From Bacteroidaceae bacterium (GTDB lineage: Bacteria; Bacteroidota; Bacteroidia; Bacteroidales; Bacteroidaceae), in the NCBI GenBank assembly GCA_024398785.1, contig JAKSIO010000004.1, positions 8,331 to 72,330 on the forward strand: a DNA stretch of 64,000 nucleotides, in the 5' to 3' direction. Both the position numbers and the translations under genes were made by a program. Positions 1-9,261 of the stretch are shown piece by piece; position 1 is the stretch's first letter; each line of letters starts with the position of its first letter. Under the pieces are notes generated by a model. The model worked only from the letters and a program-made list of their open reading frames with translations, was not told where the DNA came from and did no database searches.

Positions 1-300
1 GTTGAAACAATAGGAAATGATGGTGAATCTACAACTACTGTTGTTGACAATCCGCAGTTGCAGATGAGATTCAATGCTCTGTATGTTTCCGGTTATGTGA
101 TTACTCCTATCCTGTCAACAACCGGAATTCAAATAGTTGAAGAAGATATGTTTGACAGCGAACTTGGTATGCCACTCAGGACTGTTTACATCAGTCCAGA
201 AGGAATGGAATCTGATGCGCCGTTTGATGGAGTCAATATAGTGAAGTACATTTTTAAAGACAATATTACAAAAATAGAAAAACAAATTCTCAAAAGATGA
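1..300 (+). CDS. 3' end of a CDS cut by the window edge; product unknown
   Basis: Frame 1 is open from nt 1 to the TGA at 298-300; the ORF track only lists the internal Met at 58. The stop overlaps the next ATG (ATGA at 297-300). No motif I can name. Confidence 0.45.
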   Translation, partial: VETIGNDGESTTTVVDNPQLQMRFNALYVSGYVITPILSTTGIQIVEEDMFDSELGMPLRTVYISPEGMESDAPFDGVNIVKYIFKDNITKIEKQILKR

Positions 301-1532
301 AAACTCTGAAGATTGGGCTTATTTCTTTATTTGCGGGCGTATTTCTTGCACCTGCAGTTTGTTTGGCAAAATCTGTAACAGCCGATTTTTACGGCTTTAT
401 CAGTACTCAGTTCTATTATCAGAACCGTGAGAGTGTTGAAAGCGCCGAAGGGTTGTTTTATCTTTTCCCTAAAGACCGTGTTCTGGATGCTGACGGAAAA
501 GATTTGAATGAAAGTGGAAGAGCCGGTTTTTTTGCTTTTGCATCGCGCCTTGGAGCTCAGTTCTATGGACCTGAAATTTTTGGAGCAAAGACCAACGGTG
601 TTCTGGAAGCTGACTTCTCAGGAGGAGGCAGTTCTTCATTTATGTTCCTGTTACGTCAGGCTTACCTGCGGTTTGACTGGGAAAAGAGTAACCTTACGCT
701 GGGACAGGCATGGCATCCTATGACAGAAGTTTATCCTGAAACCAACAATATCAGCCTTGGTACTCCGTATGCGCTTAACAGCCGTATTCCTATGGTCAAG
801 TATGAGTATGCCTTTGGCGACAATCGTGATTACGTTCTTACCGGAGCTTTAATGTATCAGCTTACCCATGCTTCTATTGGACCGAATGGCCGTTCTTCTC
901 TGTATCAGCGTTATTGCGGTCTGCCGCAGTTTATGCTTCTTGCTGAAGGCAATTGGGGCAATTTCCATGTTGGTCTTGGAGGTGATTATGTAAAAGTTGC
1001 TCCACGGACTCAGAACGCCACAGGAAAGAAACTTGAGAAGGAGTATACTGAATCATTGGTAGGACTGTTCCGTGTATGGTACAAGTCCAGCAAATTTACT
1101 GCAAAGGGTGCTGTAAGCTATGGAGCTGATATGTCGCGTTTCGGTTCAATGTCCGGCTATGCGGCAACAGGTACCCGTAGCGACGGTTCATTTACCTATA
1201 CTCCTGTACGCAGCCTTGATTCATGGGTGTTCTTCAAGTATGGTTCCCAATGGAAAGTAGGACTTATGGCAGGTATGCATAAGAACCTTGGTCTTAAGGA
1301 TGGTAAATCTATTCTGAGTACAGATATGGTATATATGACAGGCGGTGCAATTGATACTTCTTTCCGTATTGCTCCACATATTGCGTATACTGTTCAGAAT
1401 CTTACTTTGGCTATTGAATATGAATGTACTATGGTAAATTACGGTTCATTTGAAAATAATGCCACTGTTTCAGATACTCATCTGATTACAAACCACAGAC
1501 CGATATTCTCTTTGCTTTACACATTCTTCTGA
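297..1532 (+). CDS. outer-membrane beta-barrel porin-like protein (DcaP/OprO-like)
   Basis: N-terminal signal peptide (...AVCLA-KS). Y/G/F-rich alternating strand pattern. The aromatic C-terminus ...LLYTFF is typical of BAM substrates. Family resemblance is from memory only. Confidence 0.6.
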   Translation: MKTLKIGLISLFAGVFLAPAVCLAKSVTADFYGFISTQFYYQNRESVESAEGLFYLFPKDRVLDADGKDLNESGRAGFFAFASRLGAQFYGPEIFGAKTNGVLEADFSGGGSSSFMFLLRQAYLRFDWEKSNLTLGQAWHPMTEVYPETNNISLGTPYALNSRIPMVKYEYAFGDNRDYVLTGALMYQLTHASIGPNGRSSLYQRYCGLPQFMLLAEGNWGNFHVGLGGDYVKVAPRTQNATGKKLEKEYTESLVGLFRVWYKSSKFTAKGAVSYGADMSRFGSMSGYAATGTRSDGSFTYTPVRSLDSWVFFKYGSQWKVGLMAGMHKNLGLKDGKSILSTDMVYMTGGAIDTSFRIAPHIAYTVQNLTLAIEYECTMVNYGSFENNATVSDTHLITNHRPIFSLLYTFF

Positions 1533-1545
1533 TTGAAAATGATAT

Positions 1546-1584
1546 AAAAAATGGCAGCCTCACATCCGAGGCTGCCATTTTTTA
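1546..1584. terminator. bidirectional intrinsic terminator between the convergent porin and GH8 genes
   Basis: 11-bp perfect stem atggcagcctc (1551-1561) / gaggctgccat (1568-1578) with a 6-nt loop. Flanked by an A-run (1546-1550) and a T-run (1579-1583). Confidence 0.8.
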
Positions 1585-1602
1585 TTTGGGGTATTCTTAC
1601 GT

Positions 1603-2859
1603 TTACCAGTCCATGCGGTAGTTGCCGCTCAAGTGGAGCAATGAGAACAGGGTAACAAGTCCGTCATAGTAAACATCGTAGTAACCGTCCTCGTAAGGCT
1701 CAAGTTTCATCTCCATAAGGTGACGTACCAGATCACGGCTGTACTCGTTGTCGGTAACAAGACTGAGCGATGCCGTTGTTGCTACAAGTCCTATTGAGTG
1801 ACGCAGTTTTGTTGCTCTGTATTTGCCCATTCCAGCGCTCATTACGTATGCTGGTTTGCCTCCGTCAAGAGAGAACTGGTCAACAAACTCCTTGATGCCC
1901 TGACTTGCCATGGTTCTCTGGAACTTGTCTGCAAACTCTTTCTGCCATTTGGCATCTTTGTGATACCAGTAATAGTCCATTGCAATGTTCATAGGTGTAC
2001 GCCATGAATCGTAGTGGAATTCTGAACCGCGGTTAGGTGTTCCGTCAAACTGACACTGGTCAGGACAGATACCTGTCTGTTCATTGCAAGCCTTGTGAAG
2101 GAACTGGCGGCTGTTCTCAGCGCATTCGCGGTAAAACTCTTCACGACCGTCCTGAGCTGTCTCTGCCCATATCTCAAAGAATGCAGGCAGGTGATATGAC
2201 GGGTCAGTCCACTGGTTTGAACGGGTGTCAGGACAGAAGTTTATAAGTTTGTATTCCATGTTGATAATGTTGGTAACACCATCGGAACCATCCTTTGAGA
2301 ACAAAACATCAAGCAGAGTCTGTGCCTCTTTAAGGTAGTTGATGGCTCCGTCATTACCCCAGCGACGTGAAGCGAGCAACAGGTCTGTAATAAAGTAGAA
2401 CTCTCCGTCACTGGCGCTTCCGCGTGCACGGCGGCTTACACCATCAGGATTGATACTCCAGTCTATCAGACCTTTGCGTGGACCGTCTTTCACCATCATG
2501 TATTCTTTTGTCCAGCGCCATATACGGTCAAAAATGTCCTGCTTGTTCATTTGAACAGCAACCATCATTCCGTATGACTGACCTTCGGTGCGGACGTCAA
2601 TGTTTTTGACATCGGAAACGTAACCCATAGAGTCGCCTACATTCTGATATGCACGGCGCTCGCTCTCAAAAATCTCGTAATAGGTATCGGCAATTTTCTT
2701 GTCTATCTCTTCCTGCGAATAGCCAAGTTCAGCAAGATAGTTTCTGTATTTGCCGGTTTGTACAACGCCTTTCTTATAAGACTTTACTTTAACCTTTGCC
2801 TCAACAAATGTTGGGCTGACAAGTAAAAATGAAAGGACCAGTAATAATAATTTCTTCAT
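1603..2859 (-). CDS. glycoside hydrolase family 8 (exo-oligoxylanase/endoglucanase-like), secreted
   Basis: Signal peptide present. VRTEGQSYGMM matches the catalytic-Glu motif of GH8. SASDGEFYFITDLLLASRRWG matches the second conserved acidic block. Confidence 0.8.
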   Translation of the reverse strand: MKKLLLLVLSFLLVSPTFVEAKVKVKSYKKGVVQTGKYRNYLAELGYSQEEIDKKIADTYYEIFESERRAYQNVGDSMGYVSDVKNIDVRTEGQSYGMMVAVQMNKQDIFDRIWRWTKEYMMVKDGPRKGLIDWSINPDGVSRRARGSASDGEFYFITDLLLASRRWGNDGAINYLKEAQTLLDVLFSKDGSDGVTNIINMEYKLINFCPDTRSNQWTDPSYHLPAFFEIWAETAQDGREEFYRECAENSRQFLHKACNEQTGICPDQCQFDGTPNRGSEFHYDSWRTPMNIAMDYYWYHKDAKWQKEFADKFQRTMASQGIKEFVDQFSLDGGKPAYVMSAGMGKYRATKLRHSIGLVATTASLSLVTDNEYSRDLVRHLMEMKLEPYEDGYYDVYYDGLVTLFSLLHLSGNYRMDW

Positions 2860-2874
2860 ATATCAGAGTTTTGG

Positions 2875-4347
2875 TTAGATACGGGATTTCCAGAGGTTGT
2901 AAGCGTCTTCATAAGCGTGCATGTCTGCGGCTTTCGGCTCAATAACCTTGATTTTCTGCAGTGATGCAAAGGCCTCGTTGTGATCCTTGTACATTCCAAC
3001 ACCCATACCGGCGCCTTTTGCAGCACCAATTGAACCGTCGGTGTCGTAAAGTTCAATGGTTGCTCCTGATACACCTGCAAGTGTGTCGCGGAACAGCGGA
3101 CTCAGGAACATATTGGCATTTCCTGCGTGAATTTTGTTGATTGACATACCCATTTCTTCCATAATTTCAATGCCGTACATAAAAGAGAAGACAATGCCTT
3201 CCTGGGCTGCACGCAACAGGTGTGAACGGTTGTGGATGTTGAAGTTGATGCCATGGAAACTGCATCCTACTTCTTTGTTCTCAAGAACACGTTCAGCTCC
3301 GTTACCGAACGGCAGTACAGATACTCCGGCAGCACCGATAGGAGCCTGTGATGCAAGAATGTTCATGTCATTGTAGCTGAGTCCCTCAGGAACAATGTTG
3401 CGTTTTGTCCATGCGTTCAGAATACCTGTTCCGTTGATGCACAGAAGGATACCAAGGCGTGTCTGGTCTTTTGTATGATTTACGTGTGCAAATGTGTTGA
3501 CACGTGATTTAGGATCGTAGCTCATTTCTCCGTTCACGCCGTAAACTACTCCGGAGGTGCCTGCTGTTGCAGCTATTTCTCCCGGTTCGAATACGTTAAG
3601 CGAAAGGGCATTGTTAGGCTGGTCACCACCACGGTATGTAACAGGAATACCGGCTACAAGACCAAGCTCTTTGGCGGCTTTTTCAGTTACGCGGCCCTGC
3701 TCAGAGAAAGTAGGCTTGATTTCAGGAATCATGCTTTCAGGAATTCCATAGTAATCAAGCAGGAATTTTGCCGGCTGGTTGTTCTGGAAATCCCAGAACA
3801 TTCCTTCTGACAGACCCGATATTGTGGTGGAGATGACATCGGTCAGACGCATGGCAATATAATCGCCAGGCAGCATTATATGGTCAATCTTTTCAAACAG
3901 TGCGGGTTCGTTTTCCTTGACCCATGCAAGTTTTGAGGCCGTAAAGTTTCCGGGGCCGTTCAACAGATGTGTAAGACACTGGCTTTTGCCAAGTTCCTGC
4001 AGTGCTTTGTTGCCGTAAGGTACTGCACGTGAATCACACCAGATGATGGCAGGACGCAATACTTTTTTGTTTTTGTCAACGCAAACAAGTCCGTGCATCT
4101 GATAAGAGATTCCTATTGCGGCGATATCTTTCGGATTTGCCTTAGAAGCAGCCATAATATCGCTTGTGGCCTGTTTCAGATAAGACCACCAGTCTTCAGG
4201 ATTCTGTTCGGCCCATCCTGGTTTGAGAGCCATAATCGGAGCCTCACTCTTTGGGGCAAAACTTGTTGCAACACATGCGCCGCTCTGGGCGTCTACAAGG
4301 CTGGCCTTCACCGAAGAACTGCCTATGTCATAACCTAATAGATACAT
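2875..4347 (-). CDS. xylB: xylulokinase (FGGY carbohydrate kinase)
   Basis: The N-terminus MYLLGYDIGSSSVKA is the FGGY ATPase phosphate-1 motif. Length is about 490 aa. The ORF-track ORF runs on to 4683, but that extension crosses the divergent promoter region, so ATG 4345-4347 is chosen. Confidence 0.8.
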   Translation of the reverse strand: MYLLGYDIGSSSVKASLVDAQSGACVATSFAPKSEAPIMALKPGWAEQNPEDWWSYLKQATSDIMAASKANPKDIAAIGISYQMHGLVCVDKNKKVLRPAIIWCDSRAVPYGNKALQELGKSQCLTHLLNGPGNFTASKLAWVKENEPALFEKIDHIMLPGDYIAMRLTDVISTTISGLSEGMFWDFQNNQPAKFLLDYYGIPESMIPEIKPTFSEQGRVTEKAAKELGLVAGIPVTYRGGDQPNNALSLNVFEPGEIAATAGTSGVVYGVNGEMSYDPKSRVNTFAHVNHTKDQTRLGILLCINGTGILNAWTKRNIVPEGLSYNDMNILASQAPIGAAGVSVLPFGNGAERVLENKEVGCSFHGINFNIHNRSHLLRAAQEGIVFSFMYGIEIMEEMGMSINKIHAGNANMFLSPLFRDTLAGVSGATIELYDTDGSIGAAKGAGMGVGMYKDHNEAFASLQKIKVIEPKAADMHAYEDAYNLWKSRI

Positions 4348-4443
4348 TTTATAATATGGTTTAAGTATGTTTTTTATTTTACAAAGTACAAAGATAGGAA
4401 TTTTTTTAAGAAAACATATTTCTTTTTCTATCTTTGCGTTGTT

Positions 4444-5373
4444 ATGAAAGATATGATTATTGTTGATGCCCACGCGCATCTTTGGAAAAAACAGGATGCG
4501 GTTGTAGAGGGAAAGAAAATATTGTCTCTTGAAAACGGTAAATCCATGTTTATGGGTGAGGTACGCCAGATGATGCCGGCATATATGACTGACGGTTTCA
4601 ATTCGGCGGAACGTTTTCTTGCAAATATGGATTATGCACGGGTAAGTGCGGCGGTGATTACGCAGGAATACATTGACGGACAACAGAATGGCTATCTCTC
4701 AGAGGTGAAAGAGCGGTTTCCTGACCGGCTGTTCTGCTGCGGTATGGTGGAGATGCGCCGTGACAGCGGTTTCCTGCAGGAGGCGCAGAATCTGTGCGCT
4801 CAAGGTTTCAAGGCTATCAAAATCCCGGCCCAGCGTCTGCGTATTCCGTCTCACACATGGATGCTGACATCGGCCGAATCAATGGAGATGTTCAAGTTTA
4901 TGGAACGCAACGGAATGATTCTGTCTATTGATCTTGCTCCGGGTACAACTCAGGTTGCAGAGATGGAAGAGATAATAGCGGAATGTCCGGATCTGAAAAT
5001 TGCCGTCGGGCATTTTGGAATGGTTACCGTTGACGGTTGGGAAGAGCAGATAAAACTTGCACGCCATAAGAATGTGATGATTGAAAGCGGTGGCATTACA
5101 TGGCTTTTCAACGCTGAATTCTATCCTTTCACAGGGGCTGTAAAGGCAATCAGACGTGCTGCAGATCTGGTAGGAATGGACCACCTTATGTGGGGTTCAG
5201 ACTATCCGCGTACCATGGTGGCTGTCACGTATAGAATGTCTTATGATTTTGTTCTGAAAAGTGACTTTCTGACAGAACAGGAAAAGTCTATGTTTCTTGG
5301 GCAGAATGCGGAAAAATTCTACGGATTCAGAAATCTGACAGTTCCGCCATACATAAAAAACATGGTTGAATAA
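4444..5373 (+). CDS. Amidohydro_2-family metal-dependent hydrolase (sugar-lactonase-like)
   Basis: The N-terminal DAHAHLW (HxH metal ligands) and the C-terminal GSDYPR block are typical of the amidohydrolase-2 (TIM-barrel) family. Confidence 0.7.
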   Translation: MKDMIIVDAHAHLWKKQDAVVEGKKILSLENGKSMFMGEVRQMMPAYMTDGFNSAERFLANMDYARVSAAVITQEYIDGQQNGYLSEVKERFPDRLFCCGMVEMRRDSGFLQEAQNLCAQGFKAIKIPAQRLRIPSHTWMLTSAESMEMFKFMERNGMILSIDLAPGTTQVAEMEEIIAECPDLKIAVGHFGMVTVDGWEEQIKLARHKNVMIESGGITWLFNAEFYPFTGAVKAIRRAADLVGMDHLMWGSDYPRTMVAVTYRMSYDFVLKSDFLTEQEKSMFLGQNAEKFYGFRNLTVPPYIKNMVE

Positions 5374-5389
5374 CGTAAACACAAGTTAT

Positions 5390-7720
5390 ATGAAATCAAT
5401 TATTAGAACACTACTTTTATTATGCGCAGTATCTTGCGGTGTTACTGTTTATGCCGGAGAACTTAAACTATGGTACAATCAGGTCCCGAACCAGTGGGAG
5501 GCAGCACTGCCGATAGGTAACGGACGTCTTGGAGCTATGGTTTATGGAAATCCTGTAAACGAGGAATTCCAGCTTAACGAAGAAACTATCTGGGGCGGCG
5601 GTCCGCACAACAATACAAATCCGCGTGCCAAGGAGGGGTTGGCAGAGATACGTCAGTTGCTTTTTGACGACAGGAACAGCGAGGCTCAGGCTCTTTGTGA
5701 CGAGTATATTTCCAAAGGACCTCATGGAATGCCATATCAGACAGCCGGTTCGTTGAAACTTGCGTTCAAGGGTGTGGAATCTTATTCAAATCTTTATCGA
5801 GAACTGGATCTGAATAACGCTTTGGCTACAACTACTTTTCAAGCCGGCGGAGTAGAGTACAAGCGTGAGGCATTTGCTTCTTTCACCGATAATCTTATCA
5901 TTATCCGTCTGACGGCATCGGAAAAAGGGAAAATCAGTTTCAATGCAAGTCTTACGTCACCGTTCCGCAATCAGGAACCGGTTGTGGCGCAAGGTAATGA
6001 GATGCGTCAGTCGCAACTTTGCAATGACCATGAAGGTATTGCAGGTGTAGTACGTTTTACCAGAATAGCCAAGATTGTTCCTGAAGGTGGAACTATTGAG
6101 GCCCAGTCTGACGGCACTATCAATGTTGACAATGCAGACCAGGTTCTGATTTTTGTTTCAATAGGAACAAACTTTGTGAATTACAAAGATGTTTCTGCCA
6201 ATTCTGTTCAAGAGGCTGAAAAGTTTATGAACGCTTCAAAGAACGCCATAAAGAATTATGACAAAGCGCTTGGTGCACATATTGAAGCATACCGCAAGCA
6301 GTTTGCACGCGTTTCTCTTGACCTTGGAACCAATGATCAGGCAAAACTTCCTACTGATGAGCGTGTGCGCCAGTTCCGCAATACATTCGATCCGCAGATG
6401 GTTGAACTCTATTTCCAGTACGGACGTTATCTGCTTATCTGCAGTTCACAGCCTGGCGGTCAGGCAGCAAACCTGCAGGGTATATGGAACCAGTCCCTGT
6501 CAGCTCCATGGGATGGAAAATATACTACAAACATCAATCTTGAAATGAATTACTGGCCGTCTGATATCTGCAATCTCCCTGAAAGTTATCAGGCATTCGT
6601 CAAGTTTGCAAAAGAGGTTGCCGAACATGGCGTTGAAAGTGCCCAGATGTATGGCTGCCGCGGTTGGACATTGCACCACAATACGGATATATGGCGTTCT
6701 ACCGGAGTGGTTGATGGTGCCGGAAACGGAATGTGGCCTACAGGTAATGCGTGGTTGTGCCAGCAGTTGTGGGATTCTTATCTCTATACACAGGATATGG
6801 ACTATCTGAAAGATATATATCCTCTGATGAAAGGTGCCTGTGAATTCTTTATTGATTTTCTTGTGCCTGAGCCTGAAAACGGATACCTGGTGGTTTCTCC
6901 GTCATATTCACCTGAGAATCCTCCTTATGTAACTGACCGTAAGGGCGGGTTTACCACAAGTTACGGTGTTGCAATGGATAATGAACTTCTGTACGATTTG
7001 TTTGGCAACACTATCCGTGCTGCAGCAATTATGAAAGAAAATAAGTTGTTTGTTGATACTCTTATTGATATCAAGAACCGTCTTTGTCCTCTGAAAATTG
7101 GCCGTTGGGGTCAGTTGCAGGAATGGTTTGACGATTGGGATAATCCGCGTGACAATCACCGTCATGTTTCACATCTGTGGGCTTTGTATCCCGGCCGTCA
7201 GATAACAAAAGATACTCCTGAGCTGTTCAAAGCTGCCCGTACATCCCTGGAGGCACGTGGTGATGAATCAACAGGATGGTCAATGGGTTGGAAGGTCTGC
7301 TTGTGGGCAAGACTTCTGGACGGAAATCATGCATACAAGCTTATTACTGATCAGATAAAGCCTGCCGGTGGTCGCGGATTCGGCGGCAGTGGCGGTACCT
7401 ATCCTAATCTGTTTGACGCACATCCGCCATTCCAGATTGACGGAAACTTTGGCTGTACGGCAGGTATTGCTGAAATGTTTGTCCAAAGCCATACCGGAGA
7501 AATTGTAATTCTGCCGGCACTTCCTGACGTATGGAAACCGCAAGGTACAGTAAAAGGTCTGCATGCCCGTGGAGGTTTTGAGATTGTGGAACTTACGTGG
7601 AAAGACGGAATAGTAACAAATCTTGTAATCAAGTCTCTTGCAGGAAAAACATTGTCTGTAAGAGTTAACGGAGAGTTGAAGACTCTTGATACCAAAACAG
7701 GTAAATCCTATAAATTGTGA
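5390..7720 (+). CDS. glycoside hydrolase family 95 (alpha-L-fucosidase/alpha-L-galactosidase)
   Basis: LWYNQ..W..ALPIGNGRLGAMVYG...EETIWGGGP N-terminal signature and about 775 aa. The start is moved from 5366 to ATG 5390, which gives the signal peptide MKSIIRTLLLLCAVSC. Confidence 0.85.
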   Translation: MKSIIRTLLLLCAVSCGVTVYAGELKLWYNQVPNQWEAALPIGNGRLGAMVYGNPVNEEFQLNEETIWGGGPHNNTNPRAKEGLAEIRQLLFDDRNSEAQALCDEYISKGPHGMPYQTAGSLKLAFKGVESYSNLYRELDLNNALATTTFQAGGVEYKREAFASFTDNLIIIRLTASEKGKISFNASLTSPFRNQEPVVAQGNEMRQSQLCNDHEGIAGVVRFTRIAKIVPEGGTIEAQSDGTINVDNADQVLIFVSIGTNFVNYKDVSANSVQEAEKFMNASKNAIKNYDKALGAHIEAYRKQFARVSLDLGTNDQAKLPTDERVRQFRNTFDPQMVELYFQYGRYLLICSSQPGGQAANLQGIWNQSLSAPWDGKYTTNINLEMNYWPSDICNLPESYQAFVKFAKEVAEHGVESAQMYGCRGWTLHHNTDIWRSTGVVDGAGNGMWPTGNAWLCQQLWDSYLYTQDMDYLKDIYPLMKGACEFFIDFLVPEPENGYLVVSPSYSPENPPYVTDRKGGFTTSYGVAMDNELLYDLFGNTIRAAAIMKENKLFVDTLIDIKNRLCPLKIGRWGQLQEWFDDWDNPRDNHRHVSHLWALYPGRQITKDTPELFKAARTSLEARGDESTGWSMGWKVCLWARLLDGNHAYKLITDQIKPAGGRGFGGSGGTYPNLFDAHPPFQIDGNFGCTAGIAEMFVQSHTGEIVILPALPDVWKPQGTVKGLHARGGFEIVELTWKDGIVTNLVIKSLAGKTLSVRVNGELKTLDTKTGKSYKL

Positions 7721-7736
7721 AATAAATTGAAATAGA

Positions 7737-7768
7737 TTTGTTTTATATTGAAAGAAGGTTTATTTTTG
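7737..7768 (+). promoter_or_regulatory. Bacteroidota sigma-A type promoter (-33 TTTG / -7 TATTTTTG)
   Basis: TTTG at 7737-7740, exactly 20 nt spacer, then TATTTTTG at 7761-7768 (perfect TAnnTTTG). It lies 17 nt after the GH95 stop and 19 nt before the leader ATG. Confidence 0.6.
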
Positions 7769-7786
7769 TGAGTCATTTTAACAGAA

Positions 7787-7852
7787 ATGAAATTTATTAA
7801 GAATTTATACGCTTATTATTACTACTATTATCGCACTGAACTGGTGGGGTAA
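7787..7852 (+). CDS. candidate Tyr-rich leader peptide MKFIKNLYAYYYYYYRTELVG (21 aa, not in the ORF track)
   Basis: ATG 7787, TAA 7850-7852. Seven Tyr codons, six of them consecutive (7814-7831, TAT/TAC). Positioned between a consensus promoter and an intrinsic terminator upstream of paaK. Confidence 0.45.
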   Translation: MKFIKNLYAYYYYYYRTELVG

Positions 7853-7893
7853 TCTTAAGTGTGTACATATAAAAAACTGAAGACCTGCCCCAC
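7844..7893 (+). promoter_or_regulatory. candidate antiterminator helix
   Basis: GUGGGGUA (7844-7851, the end of the leader ORF including part of the stop) pairs with UGCCCCAC (7886-7893). That is 8 bp with one G.U. The second strand overlaps the top of the terminator 5' arm and its loop, so the two structures exclude each other. Confidence 0.35.
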
Positions 7894-7910
7894 AAAGCAG
7901 GTCTTTTTTG
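7879..7910 (+). terminator. intrinsic terminator / attenuator upstream of paaK
   Basis: Stem 7879-7888 (gaagacctgc) pairs with 7897-7906 (gcaggtcttt), 10 bp including one G.U. The loop is cccacaaa and the T-tract runs 7904-7909. It sits 31 nt before the paaK ATG. Confidence 0.8.
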
Positions 7911-7941
7911 TGCAAAAGGAAATATAAAAATTACAATATAT

Positions 7942-9243
7942 ATGACTAAAGATTTTTGGCAGGAAGAAATTGAAACAATGCCACGCAAACAGTTGGAGCA
8001 ACTGCAGGTGGAAAGACTAAAAAAAACAGTAGAGATAGCAATGAATTCTCCGTTTTACGGCCCTATGTTCAAGGAGCGCGGAATTACCCCGGAGAGTATC
8101 AAAAGTGTAGAGGATATACGCCGTTTCCCGTTTACGACAAAACAGGATTTGCGTGACAATTATCCGTTCGGTCTTGCAAGCGTTCCTTTGGAGAAGGTGG
8201 TCCGTCTGCACTCTTCAAGCGGTACAACAGGCAAACCTACTGTTATTCTGCATACCAAGAAAGATATTGAGCAGTGGGCCGATGCCATGGCACGCAGTAT
8301 GTACTGCATAGGTCTGCGCAGCACTGATGTTATTCAGAATACATCCGGATACGGTATGTTTACCGGTGGTCTTGGTATTCAGTATGCCGCAGAGCGTTTG
8401 GGCGCACTGACTGTTCCTGCTGGAGCCGGAAACAGTCTGCGTCACCTCAAATTCATTCAGGATTTCGGCACTACGGCCTTGCATTGTATTCCTTCTTACG
8501 CTACACGTCTGGCTACTGTTCTTAATGAAAACGGCGTTGATCCACGTGAAACAAAAATCCACACTCTGATTATCGGTGCAGAACCTCATTCAGAAGCACA
8601 ACGCAAACGTATTGAAGAAATTTGGGGAGCCAAAGCCTACAATAATTTTGGAATGAGTGAAATGTGCGGCCCGGGTGTTGCAATAGAATGTAAGGAACAG
8701 AACGGTATGCACATATGGGAAGACAACTATATTGTTGAAATTGTTGATCCGCAGACTCTTGAGCCTGTTAAGGAGGGCGAACTTGGCGAATTGGTTCTTA
8801 CCACTCTTAACCGTGAAGCTATGCCTTTGTTCCGTTACCGTACACGTGACCTGACCCGTATTCTTCCGGGTGATTGTCCTTGCGGTCGTACTCATAAACG
8901 TCTTGCCCGTTTCCAGGGTCGTTCGGACGATATGATGATTGTGAAAGGTGTCAATATCTATCCTATACAGATTGAGAAGGTAATAATGGAGTATCCTGAA
9001 CTGACCAGCGATTATCTGATAACACTTGACACTATTGGTGATAACGACGAGATGACCCTTGAGGTTGAATTGGTTCAGCTTGTTGATGATTATGCTTATC
9101 TGCAGAATCTCAATAAGGAACTGTCACGCAGGATCAAGGATGAGATTCTTATTACTCCGCGTATCAAGTTCGTACCCAAGGGCTCTATTCCGCAGTCCGA
9201 AGGCAAGGCCGTACGTGTGAAAGATAACCGGCAGAATCATTAA
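7942..9243 (+). CDS. paaK: phenylacetate-CoA ligase family (aryl-acetate-CoA ligase)
   Basis: SSGTTGKPT AMP-binding motif, YRTRD block, 433 aa. Size and motif order are typical of PaaK-type ligases. Confidence 0.85.
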   Translation: MTKDFWQEEIETMPRKQLEQLQVERLKKTVEIAMNSPFYGPMFKERGITPESIKSVEDIRRFPFTTKQDLRDNYPFGLASVPLEKVVRLHSSSGTTGKPTVILHTKKDIEQWADAMARSMYCIGLRSTDVIQNTSGYGMFTGGLGIQYAAERLGALTVPAGAGNSLRHLKFIQDFGTTALHCIPSYATRLATVLNENGVDPRETKIHTLIIGAEPHSEAQRKRIEEIWGAKAYNNFGMSEMCGPGVAIECKEQNGMHIWEDNYIVEIVDPQTLEPVKEGELGELVLTTLNREAMPLFRYRTRDLTRILPGDCPCGRTHKRLARFQGRSDDMMIVKGVNIYPIQIEKVIMEYPELTSDYLITLDTIGDNDEMTLEVELVQLVDDYAYLQNLNKELSRRIKDEILITPRIKFVPKGSIPQSEGKAVRVKDNRQNH

Positions 9244-9261
9244 CCGTTAAAATTTAAGATT

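Noticed and set aside
4348-4683. N-terminal 112-codon extension of the xylulokinase ORF (the ORF track gives 2875-4683).
   Set aside because: The extension is low-complexity, runs through the divergent promoter and overlaps the amidohydrolase start. The canonical FGGY N-terminus MYLLGYDIGSS begins at ATG 4347.
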